A DNA stretch of 64,000 nucleotides from a virus (IMGVR_UViG_3300028048_000038:128001-192000), one strand, 5' to 3'; shown: positions 9,470 to 17,674, counted from the first letter of the stretch. The notes: generated from the sequence alone by a model not told the origin. Translations and numbers: made by a program.

Positions 9470-9571
9470 CCAAATTAAGAATACATCAGGACCACGAATC
9501 TTTTTTAGCTACGTTGCATCTCCATTGTAACACACAATTCTCATACTTTTTTACTTTTTTATTAATATTAT

Positions 9572-9802
9572 GTTGTATTTCATGTAATATTAATACCACA
9601 TGCAACCCCACTTCATAAAAAGGGACGTTAGGGTTAGTTGTATTTCACTGTAATACTAATACCACATACAACTTTATTCTCTTTCTCACTGTAAGGTAGT
9701 TGTTGTATTTCACTGTAATACTAATACCACATACAACTCAGATTTAAATATAACATTTAGGTTGGTGTTGTATTTCACTGTAATACTAATACCACATACA
9801 AC
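9572..9802 (-). CRISPR. CRISPR mini-array: 4 repeats, 3 spacers (30, 29, 29 bp)
   Basis: Repeat GTTGTATTTCACTGTAATACTAATACCACATACAAC (36 bp) exact at 9637, 9702, 9767; degenerate 35-bp copy at 9572 marks the trailer, so the leader is on the TnpB side. Confidence 0.93.
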
Positions 9803-9849
9803 CTATCCGACATAAGTTGCTTATTATCAGTGATTTGTAATATGTATTA

Positions 9850-10008
9850 CGTCCGAAAAATCGCTTCTTCGGTGGTAGGATGACCACTTGTCACCCACTT
9901 TTTCTGTTTCATCCAAGCACTACTTTTTAGGTTTATTACTAAACGGTCATCCATAGGAGGCTAGTCCACAGACTTTACTTTCCCACTACACATGGGTAGG
10001 CACTATTT
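9850..10008 (-). ncRNA. putative omegaRNA/reRNA-like scaffold downstream of TnpB
   Basis: Structured, more GC-rich noncoding stretch right after the TnpB stop, resembling 3' ends of TnpB elements; boundaries approximate. Confidence 0.5.
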
Positions 10009-11166
10009 TCACTGTTGTGCTTCAGTTAGAATTCTATAGCCCTCATTTTTGATATTAATTGCAGCGTTTATATCTCTATCAATACGTTCACCGCAATTAG
10101 GGCATATCCAATATCGTTCACTAAGTTTAAGGTCTTGCTTGACATATCCACAATGACTACAAGTTTTAGAGCTAGGGAAGAACCTATCAATCTCAACAAC
10201 CTTGACACCGTTCCAAGATGATTTATACTGTAGTTTGGTTTTAATCTCGTTAAACGAAGACTCTTGTATACTTTTTGCTAGGTGATGATTACTTACCATT
10301 CCTTTGACATTTAAGTTTTCAAGACATACAGCACTAGTTCTGCTATCATAAGCAATGTCGTGTGTAACCTTGTCAATGAACGCCTTCTTCCTGTTATTTA
10401 TTTTATTCTTGAATTTAGCTAGCTTCAACCTAGCTTTTTCTTTATTCCTAGAACCATTTTTCTTCTTCGATAGCCTTCTGCAAAGCATTTTATATTTTTT
10501 GTCCTCTTTGCTGTCAGTCCTCAATGAATTGTATTTAGTTCCATCACTAGTGATAATTGAATTTTTAACGCCTAAATCAATACCAATAACGGTATCATAT
10601 GTGACTTCTTTTTTTTCAAGCGGCTCTGTTGTATCCTTTACCAAAATCGAAATAAAGTATTGGTCTGACTTGTTATATGACAATGTAGCTTGCTTAATTT
10701 CTCCGTTGAATTTTCTATGAAGCCTAGCATCTATCAAACTTGTCAATTTTGGTATCTTCACCTTATTCTCAGCCCAGAACACCTTAATCCCTTGGTATGT
10801 CGTATATGACCCACTGAAACTCTTTTTTTTGAAGGCTGGACCACCAGCATCGGTTTTAACTCCTTGTTTTCTAGCTTTACAAGCCCTAAAGAAATTATTG
10901 TAGGAAGCATCCAAATATGTAGATGTCCATATTAGAGACTTTGCATCAACACTTTTAAGCCACGAGGTTTCTTCATTCTTTTTGAGAGAAGGTAATTCTC
11001 TAGCTACATTGTATTGACAACTTAAGTGCTCTCCAGTCTCTTTAAAACACTTCTTAATTTTATCAAGAGCATAATTGTAAAACCATCTATTAGCACCTAC
11101 GTTTTGTCTTATAAACTGTTTTTGCTCCTCAGTTGGATAAATTCTATACTTATATGCTCTTAACAT
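10009..11166 (-). CDS. tnpB: TnpB/Cas12f-like RNA-guided endonuclease
   Basis: RAYKYRIYPT N-terminus, RuvC-I GIDLG, RuvC-II CLENL, Zn finger CSHC/CPNC, RuvC-III DRDINAAINI; no TnpA nearby. Confidence 0.93.
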   Translation of the reverse strand: MLRAYKYRIYPTEEQKQFIRQNVGANRWFYNYALDKIKKCFKETGEHLSCQYNVARELPSLKKNEETSWLKSVDAKSLIWTSTYLDASYNNFFRACKARKQGVKTDAGGPAFKKKSFSGSYTTYQGIKVFWAENKVKIPKLTSLIDARLHRKFNGEIKQATLSYNKSDQYFISILVKDTTEPLEKKEVTYDTVIGIDLGVKNSIITSDGTKYNSLRTDSKEDKKYKMLCRRLSKKKNGSRNKEKARLKLAKFKNKINNRKKAFIDKVTHDIAYDSRTSAVCLENLNVKGMVSNHHLAKSIQESSFNEIKTKLQYKSSWNGVKVVEIDRFFPSSKTCSHCGYVKQDLKLSERYWICPNCGERIDRDINAAINIKNEGYRILTEAQQ

Positions 11167-11195
11167 AATTATTTTTTTCTAGTAAAAAAAAAAAG

Positions 11196-11250
11196 CGGAA
11201 GCTAGTTAAACCTAGAGTTGCAATCTATGTAATATTGCTGTGAGCTTCCT
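11196..11250 (-). ncRNA. ACAGCA-stem RNA carrying a bare Cys(GCA) anticodon-like hairpin
   Basis: GGAAGCT-C-ACAGCAA...TAGA TTGCAAC TCTA...AGCTTCC. Confidence 0.65.
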
Positions 11251-11255
11251 ATTTG

Positions 11256-11337
11256 TAGCGGAGGTGGGATTTGCACCCACGAACCACATGGGACTAGGTT
11301 ATGAGCCTAGCGAGTTTGACTACTTCTCTACTCCACA
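11256..11337 (-). tRNA. tRNA-Met (CAU), initiator-like, enlarged variable region
   Basis: CTAGG CTCATAA CCTAG; T loop TGCAAAT. Confidence 0.7.
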
Positions 11338-11423
11338 ATGTTAAAAATGGAAACTATATACCTATAATGTTGTTCACAGAACAATGGAGAAATAGGGTCT
11401 TAGACGTTTAGTTCCCTTAGTTT

Positions 11424-11672
11424 AAAACCTACGGATATGATTTATCAGGAATCTAGCTTAACCTCTGCTGAAGACTTATTTTTACCTATCCACTCATAGG
11501 AACTTCACAGAGTGCTTCTCACACCATTAGGCAGCATCGAAAGAAATAGTATTCTATACGCTAGTGGTACTGCATAGACATTGTTACATATCTCTCCCTA
11601 CATTCTTCTTAGTGTGAACCCTTGCGACAAATGTGCCCACGCTTTCATATCTACGCCTACATCGTAGGTTTT
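11424..11672 (-). ncRNA. unassigned structured RNA (~250 nt)
   Basis: Terminal inverted repeat AAAACCTACG/CGTAGGTTTT plus inner GATATGA/TCATATC; no ORF; between tRNAs. Confidence 0.5.
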
Positions 11673-11675
11673 ATG

Positions 11676-11750
11676 TGGACCCAGACGGCTCTGCCCCGTC
11701 AACCTACTGCTTGCAAAACAGTCGCTCTAGCTAATTGGAGCTATAGGCCC
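11676..11750 (-). tRNA. tRNA-Ala (UGC)
   Basis: G3:U70 pair, loop TTTGCAA, non-canonical T loop GGCAGAG. Confidence 0.8.
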
Positions 11751-11928
11751 ATAAGATACCGATTTAAACTAGATATTACCTAGAATCACATTCACATCTT
11801 GTACTCTATCTAGAATGAATCGTACAATTTGTTACTCAGTTGGCGGTATCTACCAAACATGTGATTGTTGTCTCGTAATATGATTGTCAGTCACTAGGGA
11901 ATCGAACCCTCATTTGCCTTTTGTGACC

Positions 11929-12255
11929 TTAGAGAACTTCTACGACTTTACCATAGATTTGCTTTTTAGATACCCAACCATTCATATGACCATGATTATT
12001 ACCAATAAGGTATTCATTATCATTCTTGATGGCATGTATTAAATGCAAATAGTGATGACCTCTTACTTTACAAAGCACAATGTCTCTTTTGTTAAGTTTA
12101 GTATCATCTTTTACAGGTTCGCATATTACTGCTTGCCTTGATTTTAATATGGGAGTCATAGAGTTTCCAATTCCAGTAACCTTACATGTTTCTCCGTTTC
12201 TTAAATGGTTACATGTTTCTTGATTTTCGAAACCACTATAGGTAAAATCTCTCAT
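11929..12255 (-). CDS. S24/S26 peptidase-like protein
   Basis: GNSMTP motif and GNN signature. Confidence 0.65.
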   Translation of the reverse strand: MRDFTYSGFENQETCNHLRNGETCKVTGIGNSMTPILKSRQAVICEPVKDDTKLNKRDIVLCKVRGHHYLHLIHAIKNDNEYLIGNNHGHMNGWVSKKQIYGKVVEVL

Positions 12256-12418
12256 ATATAATATAAATATTAAGCCGTATAAAAAACGATTGGATGAAAA
12301 CTTTCATTTTACTAGCCACAATTAGTAGCCAAAACTTCTCCAATCTACTATAGCATGTTAACCTACTATAATAAGTAAGATGCTTATCATACGTGGAAGC
12401 ATCATAATCACGGTACGC

Positions 12419-12543
12419 ATGGGCAAAGGGATTCGAACCACTTGACCGTTTCATTATCACTTAAAGCATCAATGCGTTCCGAAGTCGGCATTGTGTATAG
12501 CTTAAATCGCAACAAAATTACTCTACCGCTGAGTTATGCCCAT
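12419..12543 (-). tRNA. tRNA-like gene with ~50-nt hairpin insertion in the anticodon arm
   Basis: ATGGGCA/TGCCCAT acceptor, D and T arms; insert contains CAATGC..TTCG..GCATTG hairpin. Confidence 0.55.
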
Positions 12544-12554
12544 AAATAAAAAAC

Positions 12555-13350
12555 ACAAAAGACTGAGAACATTGTCTTATTGTTGATGCCATTTCACAAC
12601 GGTTGGACGTTGCTGTTCACACGCTACCTTACGATAAGCCGTAGACACCATGCACGGACGGTTTTGAGAAAACCACCAAACACTTACTAGTTTATAACCT
12701 TTCGGTGCAGCATCATAGGTTTCAGTTCTTCGCCAAGCTCTTGCGGATTCATAGGATGCCTCCTATTAACTCAGACGAGTACTTTTAGTCCCTTGTTGGA
12801 TTCCTTGCGAGTCCCCAACCCCTTCATATTGCAGAAGGATAAGTGCATTTTAGCTGCCTAGTGCTCCACACTTTTGCTAATCAATACTATTCGAAGCTAT
12901 TATTCGACTTTTTAATCTGAGCGATATAGAGGATGAGGTGGAGCTAACACCATCCGTACCTTTTGAGTACAGCCCAATGAATCACCCCCTTACAAAGACT
13001 CACCACAAGTCTATTGCTGTTACATACTATTAGCCTTACGGTTCTCGCACCTTTCAATACGAGCCTAGTATATAACTGAACCCAACACGCCAACTGGTGA
13101 CTATTGCATCGAGTTCCATACGGTAATCTATTGTGTCACCACTCACCCAAAGATTCTCCACCCTTGAGAGCTTACACCTATGGTGTTACCCACGATGTAA
13201 ACCGTACCATATGCTTTTCAGTGAAATACCTAGAGTCACCCCTAAATATCTGCAACGCATTATCGCAAACAGCGTCACATTTATCCCATCACTGGATTAT
13301 CCTTCCTTTTGGCTACGAAAGCTAGCCAAACTCCTCATTTTCAGCCGAAA
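12555..13350 (-). ncRNA. large structured noncoding RNA candidate (~800 nt)
   Basis: No credible minus-strand ORF, raised GC, many short hairpins, embedded in tRNA cluster; boundaries approximate. Confidence 0.5.
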
Positions 13351-13368
13351 CCTACGATGTGGGAGTTG

Positions 13369-13483
13369 TTGAACGAGGTGAATTTGAATCACCGAAGTCA
13401 CCGAAGTGACACATTAAGCACGAACTTAATGCCCATTTGTCCACATCTGCCATTGCTGACAGTTCTCCTCTGGTATCGTTCAA
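13369..13483 (-). tRNA. non-canonical tRNA-like RNA, copy 1 (8-nt anticodon loop, D-loop hairpin insert, long V arm)
   Basis: TTGAACGA/TCGTTCAA acceptor; ATTAA GTTCGTGC TTAAT; V arm GTCAC TTCG GTGAC. Confidence 0.65.
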
Positions 13484-13489
13484 AACTAG

Positions 13490-13603
13490 TTGGAAGAGGT
13501 GGATTTGCACACACCGAAGCTCTCGAAAGAGCACATCAATCACGAAATTGATGCCCATTTGTCTACATCTAGGTTTCCCTAGTTCTCCTCTGGTATCTTC
13601 CAA
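13490..13603 (-). tRNA. non-canonical tRNA-like RNA, copy 2
   Basis: TTGGAAGA/TCTTCCAA acceptor; ATCAA TTTCGTGA TTGAT; same D-loop insert flanks as copy 1. Confidence 0.65.
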
Positions 13604-13609
13604 ATTAAG

Positions 13610-13683
13610 TGGCGGCACGCAAGAGTCGCACTTGGTGTTTCTAGGTTATGAGCCTAGCGTGTAATCTGTTTCACTCTGCCGCT
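13610..13683 (-). tRNA. divergent tRNA-Met (CAU)
   Basis: CTAGG CTCATAA CCTAG arm; weak D and T arms. Confidence 0.55.
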
Positions 13684-13699
13684 ATGTTATATAATAAAA

Positions 13700-13763
13700 C
13701 GGAAACTCTTGTTTACCCCTAAATTCACAGTTTAGTATAAAATTCACTTGCTGTTAGTTTCCT
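13700..13763 (-). ncRNA. ACAGCA-stem RNA carrying a bare His(GUG) anticodon arm
   Basis: GGAAAC-TA-ACAGCAA...CTAAA CTGTGAA TTTAG...GTTTCC; own promoter near 13785. Confidence 0.7.
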
Positions 13764-13839
13764 CATTTATTTCTTTCCAACTTTGCAAAGATATAGATAA
13801 TTTTTTTAATTTCCAAATTTTTTAGGAACTTTTTTTCAT

Positions 13840-14091
13840 TTACTTTGCAAATTCTTTCATTTTGGTAAGTTCAGCTAAAGTTTCATCTATATTCAACTCA
13901 GCTACAGTCCAATCATACATTTCTCTTTCAACCTTATCTAAAGCGTTTGATAGATTTTCCTTTAACTTGCCTCTAAGAGCTTCATAGTATTTCTTACCTA
14001 CAATGGCTTGAGCTTCTTTCTTCTCGTAGCCAGCCTCAGTAAGAGACTTATATAACTCTTTTCTAAATTCGCTCTCTAATATCTTACTCAT
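13840..14091 (-). CDS. hypothetical protein
   Basis: 83-aa ORF with promoter near 14116. Confidence 0.65.
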   Translation of the reverse strand: MSKILESEFRKELYKSLTEAGYEKKEAQAIVGKKYYEALRGKLKENLSNALDKVEREMYDWTVAELNIDETLAELTKMKEFAK

Positions 14092-14115
14092 AATGTATTG
14101 TTTTGTTTAACAATG

Positions 14116-14147
14116 CAAAGATATAGATAATTTTTGAGATTTCCAAA
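14116..14147 (-). promoter_or_regulatory. Bacteroidetes primary-sigma promoter (representative of ~20 copies)
   Basis: Minus strand TTTG-N20-TATCTTTG; similar copies near 1217, 1360, 4061, 8694, 13785, 16093, 19818, 25294, 25702, 32928, 36673, 36993, 41338, 46985, 48538, 50344, 52647, 56818, 63678. Confidence 0.85.
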
Positions 14148-14324
14148 TTTTCAAAGAACTTTTTTTCTTTTATAAAATAATCAGCTACACGAACCTCTTC
14201 AATGTACTTATGAAAGATTCCCTTCCACGTATGTTATACAGATTAATACATGACTTTTATCCTAATATAGCATAACTTTACTGTAAAAGTTTACTTCATC
14301 ATCCAACCCTGACTGATTATTAAG

Positions 14325-14780
14325 TGGACTTGCGCAGAGTCGAACTGCGGTCACAATTACCGACCCATAAAGGATTATACAAGCTTAAGAAAATTGGTGA
14401 GTGGCTTGCGCCACCCTTCCTCTCTGCCACCTCATTTTGAGAAAACGAGGAAAACTTGGGGAATGACTAGAGTCACCGATTCCACCATTTGATTATCAGA
14501 ATGTTCTACCAAGCTGTCAACAGCTACAACACACCTAAGTGTTTTGAACTAAAGCATTGCTCCCAAGGTCTCGAACCAGGAACCTTTCTTCTAATCAAAA
14601 AAAATTTGCTAGGATGTTCTGTTCCTAAGAGCCTAGCCTCTCGGCTCACGCTTACGCAGCTATAGCGTACTCGTAAACAGGAGAATCTACGTTCTCTGCG
14701 TTTATTTTTTTTGCTATTTGAAGTGTATGCCCACTGCTTGTCCTTTACCAGACGCATAACGTTCTATACCATTCAAGCCC
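14325..14780 (-). ncRNA. ssrA: tmRNA; tag peptide AENVDSPVYEYAIAA* (14652-14699)
   Basis: 5' GGGCTTG pairs with 3' CAAGTCC-A including G3:U70; terminal T arm CGCAG TTCGACT CTGCG; internal tag ORF ending YAIAA-stop. Confidence 0.88.
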
Positions 14781-14790
14781 ATTATGTTTG

Positions 14791-14864
14791 TGTTGATGAA
14801 GGGAGTTGAACCCCTGACCTCGTGAGTATCAGTCACGTGCTCTAACCTACTGAGCTACATCAAC
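14791..14864 (-). tRNA. tRNA-Ile (GAU)
   Basis: Canonical cloverleaf, loop CTGATAC. Confidence 0.9.
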
Positions 14865-14869
14865 ATCTT

Positions 14870-15088
14870 TTATAAATATACAATCTTGGAATTTTGTTCA
14901 AACTCTTCAAACGTTCCATTGAATCTATACCAATTTGAACCACTTCCTCTATCAAAGAATACTCTTACCACATTCTCACCATTTTCTTTGTATGAGTAAA
15001 TATCAGTAATTGTACTCCTTTTGATTCGTGCCTTATTGCCATCTTTGAAATCTATTTCCAAGTATGGCTCTGCATATTCATAGTTCAT
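14870..15088 (-). CDS. hypothetical protein
   Basis: 72-aa ORF overlapping the stop of the adenylyltransferase. Confidence 0.6.
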   Translation of the reverse strand: MNYEYAEPYLEIDFKDGNKARIKRSTITDIYSYKENGENVVRVFFDRGSGSNWYRFNGTFEEFEQNSKIVYL

Positions 15089-15645
15089 ACGTCTTGAAAT
15101 GCTTCAATGAAATGTTTCAAAATAACTGCATTTTCAGCAACACAAGTTGGTACTGCTTCTGCAAGTGCCTCTTCATCACCTTTGAGAATCATTTGTCTTA
15201 CCTTTGTGGCAGACAAGTTGTTGTGGATTGCACCTCTAGCATTCAATTTAAAAGAAACGAAGTCTCTTGTAATGAATGGAGGAAACCACTGCATGATAAT
15301 CTCAAATCCATCTGAATAATAAATGGTGAATTCAGGTGACTTAGTGATTCCTACTATATGGCTGTAGAGATAAAACCCCCAATCATGAGAATTATCTGAT
15401 TCATCTGTAAGGTCATTGAGTGGCATTACTTTAACTTTGCCAGCATCCTCACCAAACTCATCAGTAATAGCCTTGTTTGCCAAATCCAAACGCATTGCGA
15501 TAGGAATTGGATTACGCTTATTCAACTTATCTGCTGAACCGACAAGGATAAGAACCTCGTCATTCTCATTAAGAGCTTGTCTAACCAACTCAAGGTGTCC
15601 TTTGTGGATTGGCTGAAGTCTTGCGATAATTACACCTACTGCCAT
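15085..15645 (-). CDS. NMN/NaMN adenylyltransferase (NadM-like cytidylyltransferase family)
   Basis: ARLQPIHKGH (HxGH), GSA...RNP, LSATKVR motifs. Confidence 0.85.
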   Translation of the reverse strand: MAVGVIIARLQPIHKGHLELVRQALNENDEVLILVGSADKLNKRNPIPIAMRLDLANKAITDEFGEDAGKVKVMPLNDLTDESDNSHDWGFYLYSHIVGITKSPEFTIYYSDGFEIIMQWFPPFITRDFVSFKLNARGAIHNNLSATKVRQMILKGDEEALAEAVPTCVAENAVILKHFIEAFQDV

Positions 15646-15669
15646 TGCTATTTCGTTTTAATTAAAAAT

Positions 15670-15803
15670 CGGAAACGTTTTTAACATTTTAAGTTGCTCT
15701 ACCGGACTGAGCTACAAGGAGCTTACACCCCTCGATGGGATTTGAACCCATGACCTACTGCTTACAAGGCTTATTAAAAAATAACCATTGCTGTCTGTTT
15801 CCT
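15670..15803 (-). ncRNA. circularly permuted tRNA-Thr(UGU)-like RNA clamped by ACAGCA stem
   Basis: Order: GGAAAC-AG-ACAGCAA, GC CTTGTAA GCAGT, V, T arm, 3' acceptor CGAGGGG, loop, 5' acceptor CTCCTTG, D arm, ACT, GTTTCC. Confidence 0.8.
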
Positions 15804-16143
15804 TGGTGCTTGTGGTAGGATTTGAACCTACTGTTCTGTCAACCCTTGTGGGTCTCGTAGATGTTACCTATTCATATGTCTTCAAGCATTTGGGAGCGTT
15901 TGTTTTTAAAGTGTGATTCGCCCTTTCAACAAGACCTGAGGTTTCCGAAGATTCCACTATTACAGTTCTCTTGTTCCACTGTTTCTTTTGGTTAAAGTCC
16001 TAACTTACCTTTATACTTGTAAGCGAGCCATCCACCAACTAAACCAATGATAAGTTCAAACATAGTATTTAATTTTAAATTGTTTAACGATGCAAAGATA
16101 TGAAAAATATTTGAGATAACCAAATTTTTCTTGTTAATAATTA

Positions 16144-16326
16144 TTAATCATCATATGGGTTAAGTTGAGATTCTAAATTTGTTATATCATTAGTCACTTT
16201 TACTAGTTCCAATTTACTAGCACTTAACCATTCATTCAGTATGTGTATGTCGTTTAATAGTTTCCCTTTCTTTTTTTGGAGAAAGGAAATCTTTTTCATT
16301 AACACTATCTCGTTATTATCATTCAT
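16144..16326 (-). CDS. hypothetical coiled-coil protein
   Basis: Short ORF; likely start MNDNN. Confidence 0.45.
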   Translation of the reverse strand: MNDNNEIVLMKKISFLQKKKGKLLNDIHILNEWLSASKLELVKVTNDITNLESQLNPYDD

Positions 16327-16906
16327 TTGTATTAACTTTAGATTCTGCCAATATTTCCTCGTTGAGTTTATCAAGTTCTAACTCCTCATTTTCATCATAT
16401 GTAAAATTACGGTACTTCTTCTTTTTTACGTTACAACGTCTTACGCATTGAGATTTGTTATTCATATCATCTATCATGGCATTTTCTCCGTATTCAATAG
16501 AGTTTTTACCATTTCCCCAACGGTATTGAAGCCATCCATCATATTCACCAAAGTCCCACTTATAATTATCTGGAACTTCTCCTTCTTTTCTAAAGAACTT
16601 ATCCTTAACTGCTCTTATATCACCGTCTTTCTTGTAGTATTTCAATTGGTCATGTCCCCATTTCACTATTTTCTCTTCATTGAAATCAATGATAACATAA
16701 CCCCAAAGTGCTTCTCCTAAATATGATTCACCCCAAACATAGTCATAGAATCTAAATCTTGGTTTTGGAGTGTCTGAATAGAATTCCTCTAAAAGTTTAG
16801 CTTCTTCTAATGCTTCATTGAGCGTATCATATTCAGTTTTATCCTCATGGAATTTGTATTTGTTCCATTTTTGGAATACTACCATATATCTTTTAGTATG
16901 ATTCAT
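16319..16906 (-). CDS. hypothetical protein
   Basis: 195-aa ORF in an overlapping operon. Confidence 0.65.
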   Translation of the reverse strand: MNHTKRYMVVFQKWNKYKFHEDKTEYDTLNEALEEAKLLEEFYSDTPKPRFRFYDYVWGESYLGEALWGYVIIDFNEEKIVKWGHDQLKYYKKDGDIRAVKDKFFRKEGEVPDNYKWDFGEYDGWLQYRWGNGKNSIEYGENAMIDDMNNKSQCVRRCNVKKKKYRNFTYDENEELELDKLNEEILAESKVNTNE

Positions 16907-17499
16907 TTCTTTTTTCTTTTCATCTTTCTGAAAGATTCCTTTGGGTCAAAACCATGAGATATAATCTTTACCTCATTATCAACTGTGCTATAACCTTTAG
17001 TATTACCAAATATTTCCTTGTAAACTTTGTCCTTGGTTCTAGCAATCCCCTTTATTGGGGCACCAGACACAAAAATGTTATCAAGAACTTTATTTAGTGC
17101 CTTTATAAAGTTTTCTTTCATGGACATATCACCAATACATATATCCCAAGGTCTTGCGTCAAACCCTATTTTAACATCATTGCATGATACTGGATATGTA
17201 ATTGTATAATAATGGTCAGAAAGATAAACATATACTACATGGTATTGTATCTTAGAACTAACTGGAGTTTCTACCTCATGTTCAACCTCTTCCATTGAAT
17301 TATAATAAAATCCCAATGGAGATTCCTTAACAACCTTTTCCCATTTTTTATTAATGGCGGTGATTGTCATACCTTTTGGGTATATTGTTTCATAAGATGT
17401 TGTCCAAGCAACTCTGAACTTCTCAGAATATTTGCCCATATCCGTATAGGTTATCTTAATGTGGTTTTTACTAAAAATGATATTCTCCATTAGAAACAA
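16903..17499 (-). CDS. hypothetical protein
   Basis: 198-aa ORF in an overlapping operon. Confidence 0.65.
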   Translation of the reverse strand: MFLMENIIFSKNHIKITYTDMGKYSEKFRVAWTTSYETIYPKGMTITAINKKWEKVVKESPLGFYYNSMEEVEHEVETPVSSKIQYHVVYVYLSDHYYTITYPVSCNDVKIGFDARPWDICIGDMSMKENFIKALNKVLDNIFVSGAPIKGIARTKDKVYKEIFGNTKGYSTVDNEVKIISHGFDPKESFRKMKRKKK

Positions 17500-17674
17500 T
17501 TCTTCTTTACCATTATATAGTATCCAACATGTTTAAATCTGACACCATAAATATCAATCCACCAAGTTAATTTCTTGTGGTAGAACTCAACCATCTTTTT
17601 CCTTTTATCCTTTCTTACGATTACTGTTTTACCAATCTCGAACAATCTATTCTTGATATATGACTTTGGAAAAT

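Noticed and set aside
10009-11166. Complete IS200/IS605 or IS607 element
   Set aside because: No TnpA/serine recombinase gene or clear left end in the window
11349-11417. GGAAACTA/TAGTTCC stem as another clamp element
   Set aside because: Lacks the ACAGCA motif
13352-13664. ORFs 13352-13618 and 13437-13664 with an internal peptide repeat
   Set aside because: The repeat is explained by the tandem tRNA-like RNAs
14524-14757. 77-aa ORF
   Set aside because: Lies inside the tmRNA in a different frame from the tag peptide
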